The notes beneath the pieces are model-generated. The model did not search any database and was not told where the DNA came from. It saw only the letters and a program-made list of their open reading frames with translations. This document shows, one piece after another, positions 1 to 9,624 of a stretch of DNA of 64,000 bases; position 1 is the stretch's first letter, and every line of letters begins with the position of its first letter. Source of the DNA: Candidatus Moraniibacteriota bacterium (GTDB lineage Bacteria > Patescibacteriota > Minisyncoccia > Moranbacterales > GCA-2747515); the NCBI GenBank assembly GCA_040772365.1, contig JAXGYI010000003.1, forward strand, positions 7,234 to 71,233, written 5' to 3'. The translations under genes were made by a program, and so were the position numbers.

Positions 1-193
1 GGCGCGACAGGTGGTGCGTGAGATGCGACAGCATTTTCCTGGTCATGTCTTTGAGAGTGTTATTCCACGCAATGTGCGGTTAGCAGAGGCGCCAAGCTTT
101 GGGCAACCTATCACGATTTTTGATGCTCTCAATAAAGGTGCCAATGCCTATAAAGCATTGGCAAAAGAAATTCTCGCATTAGAAAAATCATAG
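1..193 (+). CDS. parA: ParA/Soj ATPase, C-terminal part (truncated by window start)
   Basis: IPRNVRLAEAPSFGQPI...GANAYKALAKE is the typical Soj C-terminus; lies directly upstream of parB. Confidence 0.93.
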   Translation, partial: ARQVVREMRQHFPGHVFESVIPRNVRLAEAPSFGQPITIFDALNKGANAYKALAKEILALEKS

Positions 194-197
194 CACT

Positions 198-1130
198 ATG
201 GCACAAAAACATGGACTTGGGAGGGGACTATCATCACTTATTCCACAAGGAGCGCAACGTGCGACATCTGCACCAGGAGCGCCGGTGTACCGTACAAAAA
301 ATCACGCATCAGAGATAACGTCTATGGATCGTGATTACGTGGAAGAAATCGCATTGGGGCATATCCATACCAACTCGCAGCAGCCACGTTTGTATTTTGA
401 TGAGGAAAAGCTAGATGAACTAGCCACATCTATTAAAGTGCATGGTGTACTGCAGCCGCTTGTCGTGGTACAGCGCGGCGATCGCTATGAGTTGATCGCA
501 GGGGAGCGGCGGTTGCGTGCGTCCAAAAAAGCCGGGCTTGCGACGGTGCCCGCTGTGGTGCGACGCGATGACGATATGGATGAACAGAAAAAATTGGAGT
601 TAGCGCTAATTGAAAACATTCAACGACATGATCTCAATGTGATCGAAGAGGCAAGGTCATATGTGCGCTTGACGGAGGATTTTGGATTGTCGCAAGAAGA
701 CATCGCTGCACGCACTGGCAAGAGTCGTCCGGTTGTCGCTAATCGCATGCGGTTGGTGGCGTTGCCGGTGGAAATTCAAAAGGCGTTGATTGCCGGTGAC
801 ATTACGGAAGGACATGCAAAGGTGATCTTGGGTTTGGTACAACCGCAAAAACAACTGGCGCTGTTTCATGTGATTACGCAACAACATCTCACTGTGCGTC
901 AAGCAGAAACGCAGGTAGAGGCGATGGGTGAGCCAAGACGCTATCGTCGCACCAAAGAAAAAACACCACAGGCACGGCAGCTGGAGGAGAGGCTGGCACA
1001 TTTTTTTGGTACGAAGGTGCGTGTGAGTGAATCCACATCCGGCGGCGCGTTTACCGTGACCTATTTTTCCGAAAAAGACCTTGCGCAGATCTTGGACCGA
1101 CTTGCATTGGACGATTATGATGCACTATAA
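198..1130 (+). CDS. parB: ParB/Spo0J chromosome partitioning protein
   Basis: GLGRGLSSLI N-terminus, QPR, LIAGERRLRA, LIENIQR, HTH region GKSRPVVANRMRL. Confidence 0.97.
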   Translation: MAQKHGLGRGLSSLIPQGAQRATSAPGAPVYRTKNHASEITSMDRDYVEEIALGHIHTNSQQPRLYFDEEKLDELATSIKVHGVLQPLVVVQRGDRYELIAGERRLRASKKAGLATVPAVVRRDDDMDEQKKLELALIENIQRHDLNVIEEARSYVRLTEDFGLSQEDIAARTGKSRPVVANRMRLVALPVEIQKALIAGDITEGHAKVILGLVQPQKQLALFHVITQQHLTVRQAETQVEAMGEPRRYRRTKEKTPQARQLEERLAHFFGTKVRVSESTSGGAFTVTYFSEKDLAQILDRLALDDYDAL

Positions 1131-2324
1131 TTCACAGCAACAGCGCGTCTATCATATGGCGCACCGAAATTTGCACGATGCCCTTGTTGGAGAGGGTATT
1201 GTTGCAAGCAAGGATCACTACGATGACTTTTGGGCACGGGATACCTTCTTTGCATCGTGGGGATTTTTGGCGTTGCGAGAATACACACATGTGCGATCGG
1301 CGTTGGATCTTTTTGCACGTTATCAAAAACGCAATGGGCATATTCCGCGACGCATTGATCGGTCATATGTGTCTGGTTGAAATATCTTGGTATGCGCATA
1401 TCGCGTAAAATACCAAAGCCAAAATATGTCGGTGCTTATGGGTGGGCAGCGTTAGATCCAAATCTCCTTTTTGTCATTACGTGCGGAAAATATTACGATG
1501 CAACGCATGACCGAGAGATGGTTGAGGAAACTTTTCCGGCAATGCGCCAAGCGATTCTGTGGCTTGAGCGCTATGAGCGTGATGGCTTGTTGCATGAGCA
1601 GATTTTTGCGAATTGGATGGATACGATTGTTAAGAGAGGGCATGTGTTATACACAAATGTGTTGTACGCGGAGGCGCTGCGTGTGTATGCGTCACTGTGT
1701 TGCACTATAGGCAGGGAAGAGGAGGCGCAGCGCTATACACAAAAACATCACGCAGCAATTACACACATCCGTGCACGATTTTGGAATGGCACGTATTTTG
1801 ATGACTGGATCACGCATCGGCGCCGTCAGAGTTATTTTGCGTCGGATGGAAATGCTTTGGCGATACTTTTTGGCGTGGCGGATACGGATCAGATAAACAG
1901 TATTGTGGAATTTATTGAGCACCACGCTATTGACGCGGTGCCCCTCATAACAAATTATCCGCCTTATCCGCGGTGGCGTGTGGCGCTGCGCATGTATGTG
2001 ATCGGTGTGCCAGGATATCAAAATCATCATGCGGCGTGGACGTGGTTGGGTGCCGTGTATGCTGTAGCACTTCATGAGCATGGTATGCGAGAAAAGGCGC
2101 TTGCGGTACATGATCGCATGACTGCCTTTATGAATCGGTACGATGTGATTTATGAAATTTATGATCGTAGTGGCGCGCCGTATAATGGCTGGTTTTGGAA
2201 AAGCGCACGATCTTTTGCGTGGGGATCGGGACTCTATGTGTGGATGCACCGGGCACTACATGACGATGGTAGTGGTGCGCATTTCGGAAAAGTTGACAGT
2301 TCAGCAAAAAGATGTTATAATTGA
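1117..2324 (+). pseudogene. Six-hairpin glycosidase (amylo-alpha-1,6-glucosidase/GDE_C-like), split by a frameshift near 1369-1372
   Basis: ORF 1081..1380 has FWARD and QKRNGHIP; ORF 1377..2324 has NWMDT, YTNVLY, YEIYD and SFAWGSG; removing one GT from tatGTGTctgg joins them. Could also be a sequencing error. Confidence 0.7.
2293..2321 (+). promoter_or_regulatory. Consensus sigma70 promoter
   Basis: TTGACA (2293-2298), 17 bp spacer with TG extension, TATAAT (2316-2321). Confidence 0.8.
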
Positions 2325-2404
2325 AGCTAATAATGTTCTTTTGCAATGAAAGAAGGCATGTCGCTTTCTTGTTGATTTCCATGTTCTAAGACTAGGAGGG
2401 TGAT

Positions 2405-3253
2405 ATGGAACGTGAGCAGATGAGGCAAAGATTTAGTCAAGTGATTGGCATTTTGCGAGAAACAAAAAAGATCTCCCTGTCAGTATTTGGCGAGGAGTAT
2501 CTTTTGGAGTATGTCCACATCCCGGCGGTGACGCCAGATGGTGCGGCAAAGCCAATCATCTTCAATCACCCAGGTGGCGGGACGCACTTGTCCCGGTGTC
2601 TGGAGCCCTTTGTGTGGGCGGATCGTGAGTCAATCACGCTCTCTCCTTTGGGATACGGAAGATCGTCTGCGCTGCCGGAAAAAGAAAAAAATAATCCAAT
2701 TGATTTTCCGGCAGAGGCGTTCACTAAATTCGTATCGGCGCTTGCGGAGAGGCCGTATGAATTATACGGTCACTCTAACGCCGCGACAATTGTTGCGGCT
2801 ACGGCGCAAAAGCTATACCGAAAAACTGCTTGTAAGCAGGTGATATGGCTGGTCAACCCGTTGGGTATCCGCCCAGTTCCAGCAGCAGCGCAGGCCGTTC
2901 TCTTTCCATTATTTGGCATACTCTCGCGCATGACGCGCGGAGCGTGCAGTGCACAGATGGGGCGGGAGATGCTGCGTGCATACACGTACATGCCCATGCC
3001 ACAGAAAAGAAGGTCTCTTCTGTTCTATGAGATGCAGAAGGGGCAGTCGTTTTTTCTTCCGTACCACATCCAAAATATTAGGGCACAGGGGTGCACTGTG
3101 CGCGTGGTGCGTAGTGCTCATGATTGGGCGCTGTTGTGGGCAGGGAAAAACACACTTTCCCTGAATTGTGATGAGGAGTACCGTATACAGGGATTCCACA
3201 ACATCACCATCGGGGAGGGGGCAAGAGAGATTGCCAAAATACTCTCTTGTTAA
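2405..3253 (+). CDS. Alpha/beta-fold hydrolase, divergent
   Basis: HPGGG, GYGRS, nucleophile elbow GHSNA, candidate Asp (SAHD) and His (GFHN); AGGAGG RBS upstream. Confidence 0.7.
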   Translation: MEREQMRQRFSQVIGILRETKKISLSVFGEEYLLEYVHIPAVTPDGAAKPIIFNHPGGGTHLSRCLEPFVWADRESITLSPLGYGRSSALPEKEKNNPIDFPAEAFTKFVSALAERPYELYGHSNAATIVAATAQKLYRKTACKQVIWLVNPLGIRPVPAAAQAVLFPLFGILSRMTRGACSAQMGREMLRAYTYMPMPQKRRSLLFYEMQKGQSFFLPYHIQNIRAQGCTVRVVRSAHDWALLWAGKNTLSLNCDEEYRIQGFHNITIGEGAREIAKILSC

Positions 3254-3267
3254 GAAGGTCTTGTAGC

Positions 3268-3309
3268 ATACCCGTTAACAGCTAGTGCTGTTGACGGGTA
3301 TTTCTGTTT
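3268..3309 (+). terminator. Intrinsic terminator
   Basis: 15-bp stem atacccgttaacagc/gctgttgacgggtat (one G-U pair), 4-nt loop, T-rich tail. Confidence 0.75.
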
Positions 3310-3443
3310 CGCATGAGTCAGGAGAATAGGGTGGCTCGGCTCAAGGGATTTGAATCGACAAACAGCTTCTTTTCTCTTACAAAAAAGCCAGATATGGTGT
3401 ATACTACAAAGGTAACTGAATCTAAAAGTTGTGTTTTACCATT

Positions 3444-4142
3444 ATGGATCAGGTGATCATTATCGCATTCTACATTATCGTTTTGGTGTACAGCATCATC
3501 CTTCACGAGGTGTCACACGGTGTTGTGGCACTGTGGCTGGGTGATAAGACGGCGAAATATGCCGGACGGTTGTCACTGGAGCCGATGCGGCACATTGATT
3601 GGTTTGGCTCAGTGCTCTTGCCACTGCTCATGATCATGATGACAGGTTTTGCATTTGGGTGGGCGAAGCCTGTACCGTACAATCCTTTCAATTTGCGTTT
3701 TAAAAAATGGGGACCAGTATTGGTGGCACTGTCCGGTCCGATGACGAACTTCCTGATCGCTTTCGTTGCAGCTATTGGTGGCATGATGCTTGCTGTGCCG
3801 AGTAGTGCAAAAACGACGATTGTGCAACAGGTCATTACAGCGCAGTGGATCGATCTCGTACAAACCATCGTGGGAGAGCCACTTCTCATTGTGTTTGCCG
3901 TTTTGATGATGATTATTTTTTGGAATGTATTATTGGCTACATTTAATATTTTGCCGATTCCGCCACTGGACGGATCAAAGCTACTATTTGCCATTGTTCC
4001 AGTATCGGAGCGTGTGCAGATGTTTTTTGAACAGTGGGGATTTCTTATTCTCCTCATGATTCTTATGACACCACTGGCGTATCCGTTTCACATTGCACTG
4101 CGGACACTATGGACGATCTTTTTTACATTAGCAGGTGCATAA
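3444..4142 (+). CDS. Site-2 protease (peptidase M50, YwhC-like)
   Basis: HEVSHG zinc motif, FGWAKPVP, GPMTN, FNILPIPPLDG. Confidence 0.93.
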   Translation: MDQVIIIAFYIIVLVYSIILHEVSHGVVALWLGDKTAKYAGRLSLEPMRHIDWFGSVLLPLLMIMMTGFAFGWAKPVPYNPFNLRFKKWGPVLVALSGPMTNFLIAFVAAIGGMMLAVPSSAKTTIVQQVITAQWIDLVQTIVGEPLLIVFAVLMMIIFWNVLLATFNILPIPPLDGSKLLFAIVPVSERVQMFFEQWGFLILLMILMTPLAYPFHIALRTLWTIFFTLAGA

Positions 4143-4211
4143 GATTGTACATAGATGATGACAATGACGCGAGACATGGTATAATGGTGAAGGAAAACAA
4201 AAATAGGATTT

Positions 4212-5765
4212 ATGCATGACTTATTAATCAAAAACGGCACAGTGGTAGATGGCACAGGTGCTGCGCCGGTGCGTGCAGATGTAGCAGTTAATGGCGGTAT
4301 TATTACGGAAGTGGGTGATCTCGGTGGCGACAGTGCACATGAAGTGGTTGATGCGGCAGATATGCTTGTTGCACCGGGCTTTATTGATATCTCCAATCGT
4401 TCTGATACACGATGGCGCTTGTTTACTGCTCCGCAAATGGAAAGTATGCTCTATCAGGGCGTAACCACAATCATTGGCGGTAATTCTGGCGCATCGTTGG
4501 CACCGATTTACAATGACGACATGATCAATGCCACGCGTAAGTGGGCAGATGTACAGGGCGTTAATGTGGGTTGGCACACGATGCGTGAGTTTTTGGATAC
4601 AGTAGAAGCAAAGAATTTAGCAGTAAATTTCGGCACGTTTGTTGGCTATGGCACGCTACGTCGAGGTATCACAGGTGATGAGATGCGTGCTGTGACGGAG
4701 GAAGAGAAAAAATCACTACACCATCACGTACGTATGGCATTTAAAGAGGGTGCACTTGGTGTGTCGACGGGTCTGATCTACTCACATGAAAAAGATATTT
4801 CTACAGAGGAGCTTGTGGCACTTGCTGCTGTCACAGCAAAGGAGCGGCGGCTTTTTGTCGCGCATTTGCGCAACGAGACAGATGACGCAGTGAATGCTGT
4901 GCGCGAGGTTCTCACAGTGCATCGACAGACAAAGGTACGCACACACATTTCCCACCTTAAAGTTATGGGGAAAAACAACTGGGCGCGTATGCCGGAAATG
5001 CTTGCGCTAATTGAAAAAACACCGATCCATTTTGACGTGTATCCATACACTGCATCAGAAATGGTGCTCTATGTCTTTTTGCCGACGTGGGCAAGTACAG
5101 GTGGTCGACGGATGATGATGGGTCGCTTGCGCAATCCGGCATTACGTAAGCAGGCTGCAGAAGCTGTGGATGCTGGCGTAGATTTATCTGATGCAGTGGT
5201 GGCACAGACACAGCGGTCGCATTACTTCTGCGGGAAGACGTTTGGTGAGATTGCTCGCACGCAAAAGAAAACTGTTGGCGAATCAGTGATTGATGTGCTC
5301 CTGGCATCGGATGGGCGCGTCACAATCTTTTTGGATGCAATTAGTGAGGAAAATGTTGTGCGTGGCATCATGAGTGCACACGCCATCATCTCATCTAACG
5401 GAGCTGGGTGCACGATTGAGCAATGCAATTCAGAAAACATTGAGCATCCGCGATCCTTTGGTGCATTTGCGCGCGCATGGGCGCTGTATGTTCGTGGTCA
5501 GAAGATTTTAGAACCACAGGAGATGATTCACAAATGCACAGGAAAGGTAGCGGAAGCGCTACAATTAAAAGACCGTGGCGTCATTACACCGGGTAAAAAG
5601 GCGGATGTTATTGTCTTTAAGCCAGAGATACTACGTGATGTCATGCGTTTTGCGCGCGTGCCTGATTATGCCGAGGGCATACATACAGTCGTGGTCAATG
5701 GACAAATAGCGGTAAAGTATGGTAAATATACAGGAGTGCGTGCTGGAGGTATTGTGCGCAACTAG
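4212..5765 (+). CDS. N-acyl-D-amino-acid deacylase family amidohydrolase with degenerate metal ligands
   Basis: LLIKNGTVVDGTG, VAPGFID, QGVTT, HISHLK, DVYPY, HPRSFGAF, GKKADVIVF. Confidence 0.85.
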   Translation: MHDLLIKNGTVVDGTGAAPVRADVAVNGGIITEVGDLGGDSAHEVVDAADMLVAPGFIDISNRSDTRWRLFTAPQMESMLYQGVTTIIGGNSGASLAPIYNDDMINATRKWADVQGVNVGWHTMREFLDTVEAKNLAVNFGTFVGYGTLRRGITGDEMRAVTEEEKKSLHHHVRMAFKEGALGVSTGLIYSHEKDISTEELVALAAVTAKERRLFVAHLRNETDDAVNAVREVLTVHRQTKVRTHISHLKVMGKNNWARMPEMLALIEKTPIHFDVYPYTASEMVLYVFLPTWASTGGRRMMMGRLRNPALRKQAAEAVDAGVDLSDAVVAQTQRSHYFCGKTFGEIARTQKKTVGESVIDVLLASDGRVTIFLDAISEENVVRGIMSAHAIISSNGAGCTIEQCNSENIEHPRSFGAFARAWALYVRGQKILEPQEMIHKCTGKVAEALQLKDRGVITPGKKADVIVFKPEILRDVMRFARVPDYAEGIHTVVVNGQIAVKYGKYTGVRAGGIVRN

Positions 5766-7199
5766 ATGGCGTTGGATAGTAAAAGCAGGTCTATGTTCGA
5801 TGTGAGGTGGTTTAAAGGAAAGAAGGTCACGGTTTTTGGTATTGGTTTGCTTGGCGGCGGTATTGGTACGATTCGCTTTTTGTCGGAGCATGGTGCAAAA
5901 ATTATTGCTACAGATTTAAAAACACGCCAGCAGTTGGCGTCGTCTTTGGAGCAACTGCGCGATGTGAAGAATGTTGAGTATGTTCTTGGACAGCACCGGC
6001 AAGAGGATTTTGTTAATACCGATATGGTCATCAAAACACCATCGGCGCCATGGAGTAACAAGCATATTAAGCTCGCACTGTCAAAGGGTGTCCCTGTAGA
6101 GGTAGATGCAAGTCTTTTTTTTAAAATATGTAAGAATCCCATCATTGGTGTGACAGGGACGAAGGGTAAGACAACGACATCGCATGCTATTTATCACATT
6201 TTGCAAAAATCTGGAAAAGATCCCATTTTAGTGGGTGTTGGGCGCATGCCAGTCTTGGATCGCCTTCGTATGCTGCGTAAAAATAGTGTTGTTGTTTTTG
6301 AGCTTTCAAGTTGGCGTTTATCTGGACTCCCTTATGTAAAAATGAGTCCACACATTGGTGTGTTTACAAATTTTTTTCCCGATCACCTCAACTACTACCG
6401 CACCATGGATGGATATCTTGCCGACAAGAAGAACATTTTTGCTTTTCACAAAGAGGCGGATTGGCTTGTGTATAATGCGGATGACGCCTCTGTGGCACGG
6501 GCGGTGGAGCAGGCACGATCTACCATGATGCCTGCGACATTGAAATCTCCATCTACCGATCACGCACATGCTGTCTATGTTGATAATGGACGTATCGTTA
6601 TTCGTGATGGTGCGCGAGAGCATGAGGTGGCACAGCTGTATCATGTTGGACTGCGAGGTGTGCACAATGTGAGTAATCTCTTGTGTGCGGTTGGAGCAGC
6701 ATATGCAAACGGTATTGCGCCAAAAATCATTGGCGCGGCGGTGCGGACATTTCGTGGTGTTCCACATCGGTTAGAGTTGGTACGGCGCAAGGATGGTATT
6801 GCCTACTACAATGACACTGCAGCAACAAATCCACTAGCAGCACAAACGGCACTTGATGCTTTTGAGGAACCGATCATTTTAATTGCCGGTGGCGCAGATA
6901 AAAATTTAGATTACGATGATTTTGCTCGTGCGATCGCAGCGCGCGTGAAGGGTGTGGTTTTTCTCAAGGGGGCAGCAACAGATAAGATTGTGCGTGCGCT
7001 GAAGAGAGAATTGGGACATGACGCTGCAGACACGCCGTTCGAAATTGTGGACTCTATGCCGAAAGCAGTGGAGGTTGCTATGCGTAGTGCCGTGGAAGGC
7101 GACGTGGTTCTACTGTCTCCAGGCGCGGCAAGTTTTGGGCTTTTTGATAATGAGTTTGATCGCGGTAATCAGTTTAAGAGTGTTGTGGAAGCGCTATAA
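5766..7199 (+). CDS. murD: UDP-N-acetylmuramoyl-L-alanine--D-glutamate ligase
   Basis: GVTGTKGKTTT, FELSSW, DHLNYY, HRLE, YNDTAATN, LLSPGAASF, RGNQFK. Confidence 0.95.
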   Translation: MALDSKSRSMFDVRWFKGKKVTVFGIGLLGGGIGTIRFLSEHGAKIIATDLKTRQQLASSLEQLRDVKNVEYVLGQHRQEDFVNTDMVIKTPSAPWSNKHIKLALSKGVPVEVDASLFFKICKNPIIGVTGTKGKTTTSHAIYHILQKSGKDPILVGVGRMPVLDRLRMLRKNSVVVFELSSWRLSGLPYVKMSPHIGVFTNFFPDHLNYYRTMDGYLADKKNIFAFHKEADWLVYNADDASVARAVEQARSTMMPATLKSPSTDHAHAVYVDNGRIVIRDGAREHEVAQLYHVGLRGVHNVSNLLCAVGAAYANGIAPKIIGAAVRTFRGVPHRLELVRRKDGIAYYNDTAATNPLAAQTALDAFEEPIILIAGGADKNLDYDDFARAIAARVKGVVFLKGAATDKIVRALKRELGHDAADTPFEIVDSMPKAVEVAMRSAVEGDVVLLSPGAASFGLFDNEFDRGNQFKSVVEAL

Positions 7200-7204
7200 C
7201 CTCT

Positions 7205-8665
7205 ATGCATCTACGTATACCGCATTTTTCTCGCATTGTCACATATAGTGCGACAGGCTTTATTGTCGGTACGGTAGTAGGTGTAGGTATGTCGGTGCAC
7301 GCACTAGAGGCACTCGCATTCTTTATTGCGATCAGTGCATTGATCGCACTCGTGTTTTTTGCACACGAAGATCGTTCGTGGTGTATTGTTCTGGCGCTTC
7401 TCGCAGCGCTTTTTGGGATGCGATCAATGGTTATAGCGCAGAATTCCGTGGCAACGTGGCACGGTCGTGCGGGGGAACACCTGGAGCAAACAGTGATCGT
7501 GCGCGATGTGCGCACAGGAGCGTATCAGGCACGTGTGATCGCACAACAAGAGCATCGTCGCGATCGGATCATGTGGTATGATGTCAAATATCCTGCAGTT
7601 GTGCCCGGTGATCGTCTTGCGATGCGGTGTACACTTGCTGTGCCGCCAACAGATTTTTTGCCAACGTATCCCATGCTTCTTGCTAGTCGCCGTGTGATGG
7701 CAATGTGTGAAAATCCGCAGTATGTGGTGGTGGGGCGCGCAACGGATGTTGTGACGATTGCCGGTGATCTGCGTAGCCATCTCATGACACCAATCATGAC
7801 GATGATTCCTGCACCATATTCTGCACTTGCTGTGGGTCTCTTGTTTGGTGGGGATGACCTACTCTCTCAGGATATACAAGATGCATTTGCGCGTACAGGT
7901 ATGTCACACATTGTTGCAGTATCAGGGTACAATGTATCTGTGATTATTGCAGCAGTTGTGAGCGCGCTGATTTTTATTGGACTGTATCGATCACGTGCAA
8001 CATTTTTTGCCATGATTGCCATTGTAGCATTTGTTGCACTCATCGGTTTTCCAGCATCAGGCGTACGTGCTGCACTGATGGGTACGCTTGTACTTGTTGC
8101 GGCATCATACGGGCGTGTGGCACATGCTTATGGTGCACTGGCACTTGCCGGTGCAGCAATGCTTGTGCATAATCCTCTTCTCATCATCTATGATATTGGT
8201 TTTCAACTGTCATTTCTCGCGACATACGGCATCATTACAGTTGTGCCACTTGCAGAGCATGCGATGCAGCGTGTGCCGCGCGCATTCGGTCTCGTTGATA
8301 TTATTATTGTGACACTAGCAGCACAGATTTTTGTACTTCCTGTTATCATGTATCATTTCCACACCATCTCCTTTATTTCGCTTCTTGTTAATATTTTTGT
8401 TTTACCGGTGATTCCGATCGCAATGCTATCATCACTTATGGTCGTCGTACTGTCATGGATCATGATGCCTATCGGCATGCTTTTTGCATGGATGGCGTAT
8501 AGTGTTCTTGCGTATATCATTCGCGTTGTGGAGTATGCGGCACAAGTGCCGTGGGCAGCGATGGATGCAGTGCATCTGTCAATGTGGATGGCTGTCGTTT
8601 ACTATGTGATACTCTTTGTCGGTATAAGCATGCTACGTAAAAAGATGACATATCACACAGTATGA
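7205..8665 (+). CDS. comEC: ComEC/Rec2 competence membrane domain protein
   Basis: FARTGMSHIVAVSGYNV, SGVRAALM, IGFQLSFLAT, many TM helices. Confidence 0.92.
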   Translation: MHLRIPHFSRIVTYSATGFIVGTVVGVGMSVHALEALAFFIAISALIALVFFAHEDRSWCIVLALLAALFGMRSMVIAQNSVATWHGRAGEHLEQTVIVRDVRTGAYQARVIAQQEHRRDRIMWYDVKYPAVVPGDRLAMRCTLAVPPTDFLPTYPMLLASRRVMAMCENPQYVVVGRATDVVTIAGDLRSHLMTPIMTMIPAPYSALAVGLLFGGDDLLSQDIQDAFARTGMSHIVAVSGYNVSVIIAAVVSALIFIGLYRSRATFFAMIAIVAFVALIGFPASGVRAALMGTLVLVAASYGRVAHAYGALALAGAAMLVHNPLLIIYDIGFQLSFLATYGIITVVPLAEHAMQRVPRAFGLVDIIIVTLAAQIFVLPVIMYHFHTISFISLLVNIFVLPVIPIAMLSSLMVVVLSWIMMPIGMLFAWMAYSVLAYIIRVVEYAAQVPWAAMDAVHLSMWMAVVYYVILFVGISMLRKKMTYHTV

Positions 8666-9540
8666 AATATCGTTCCATCATCTATAGTGCACTCGGCATA
8701 GCCCTATTTGGTGTGGTTGTATGCGGGGTAATGGTTTACTATGTCATCTATGCAGATCGGGTATCGGTACACTTTTTAGATGTGGGGCAGGGTGATGCCG
8801 TTCTCATTATGCACGGCACGTATCAGGTATTGATTGATGGCGGCGCTGATCAAACGCGTCTCTTAGAAGCACTTGGGCGAATCATACCATTTTGGGATCG
8901 CACAATTGAGACTGTTATTGCCACACATCCCGATGCCGATCATATTGATGGACTCATCGGTGTTTTTACACACTACGCCGTTCGACAGTTTTGGCATACA
9001 GGTTTCACACGAGATGACTCATCGGTGTTTACAGCATTATCGCATGCTGTTGAATTTGAGAAAGGTGTAGAAGAGGTTCTTCCCTACGTGGGCACCACAC
9101 TTTTTCTCAATCACTTTACGCAGCTGCGCATATTGACACCACAGTCCGCATTGGCATGTGATACAACAACATGTGACAGTAATGCTCATAGCATTGGTGC
9201 ACTACTCACGATCGGTGCGACAACATTCTACCTTGGGGGCGATCTCCCATCTTCTGTGGAGGATCTACTGGCAATGCCATCACCGGTTACAGTACTTAAA
9301 GCAAGTCACCATGGTGCGAAGACATCGACAAGCGATCTCTTTCTTACAAAGACCGCGCCACATGACGTTGTGATCTCTGTTGGTGCACATAATCGCTATG
9401 GGCATCCGCACCATGAGGTGCTCAGTCGTCTTGCTGATCACAGTGCACGTGTTTTACGCACTGACCACAGTGGTACGATTACGTATAGCTGTACGCAAGA
9501 ACAATGCTACGTTGCTACTGAACGATTATATGGACAGTAG
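8662..9540 (+). CDS. ComEC-associated metallo-beta-lactamase-fold nuclease domain (split from comEC)
   Basis: FLDVGQGDA, THPDADHIDG, LKASHHGAKTS, NRYGHPH, RTD; ATGA overlap with comEC. Confidence 0.92.
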   Translation: MKYRSIIYSALGIALFGVVVCGVMVYYVIYADRVSVHFLDVGQGDAVLIMHGTYQVLIDGGADQTRLLEALGRIIPFWDRTIETVIATHPDADHIDGLIGVFTHYAVRQFWHTGFTRDDSSVFTALSHAVEFEKGVEEVLPYVGTTLFLNHFTQLRILTPQSALACDTTTCDSNAHSIGALLTIGATTFYLGGDLPSSVEDLLAMPSPVTVLKASHHGAKTSTSDLFLTKTAPHDVVISVGAHNRYGHPHHEVLSRLADHSARVLRTDHSGTITYSCTQEQCYVATERLYGQ

Positions 9541-9624
9541 TAATTATTTTTATACACGAAAACGTCGCGGTGTGTGGTGTGCTATACTGACAGAAAGCAG
9601 TTTTTTCCTTGGAAAGAAATACAT

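Noticed and set aside
1-1300. parS site or replication origin near parAB
   Set aside because: No TGTTTCACGTGAAACA-like palindrome or DnaA-box cluster seen by eye
1378-1380. TGA recoding (genetic code 25) explaining the split glycosidase
   Set aside because: The two halves are in different frames, and conserved genes such as murC end normally at TGA with no internal TGA
7205-9540. Split comEC as a novelty or frameshift
   Set aside because: The second gene has its own TM anchor and an ATGA overlap; separate competence and MBL genes are a known arrangement
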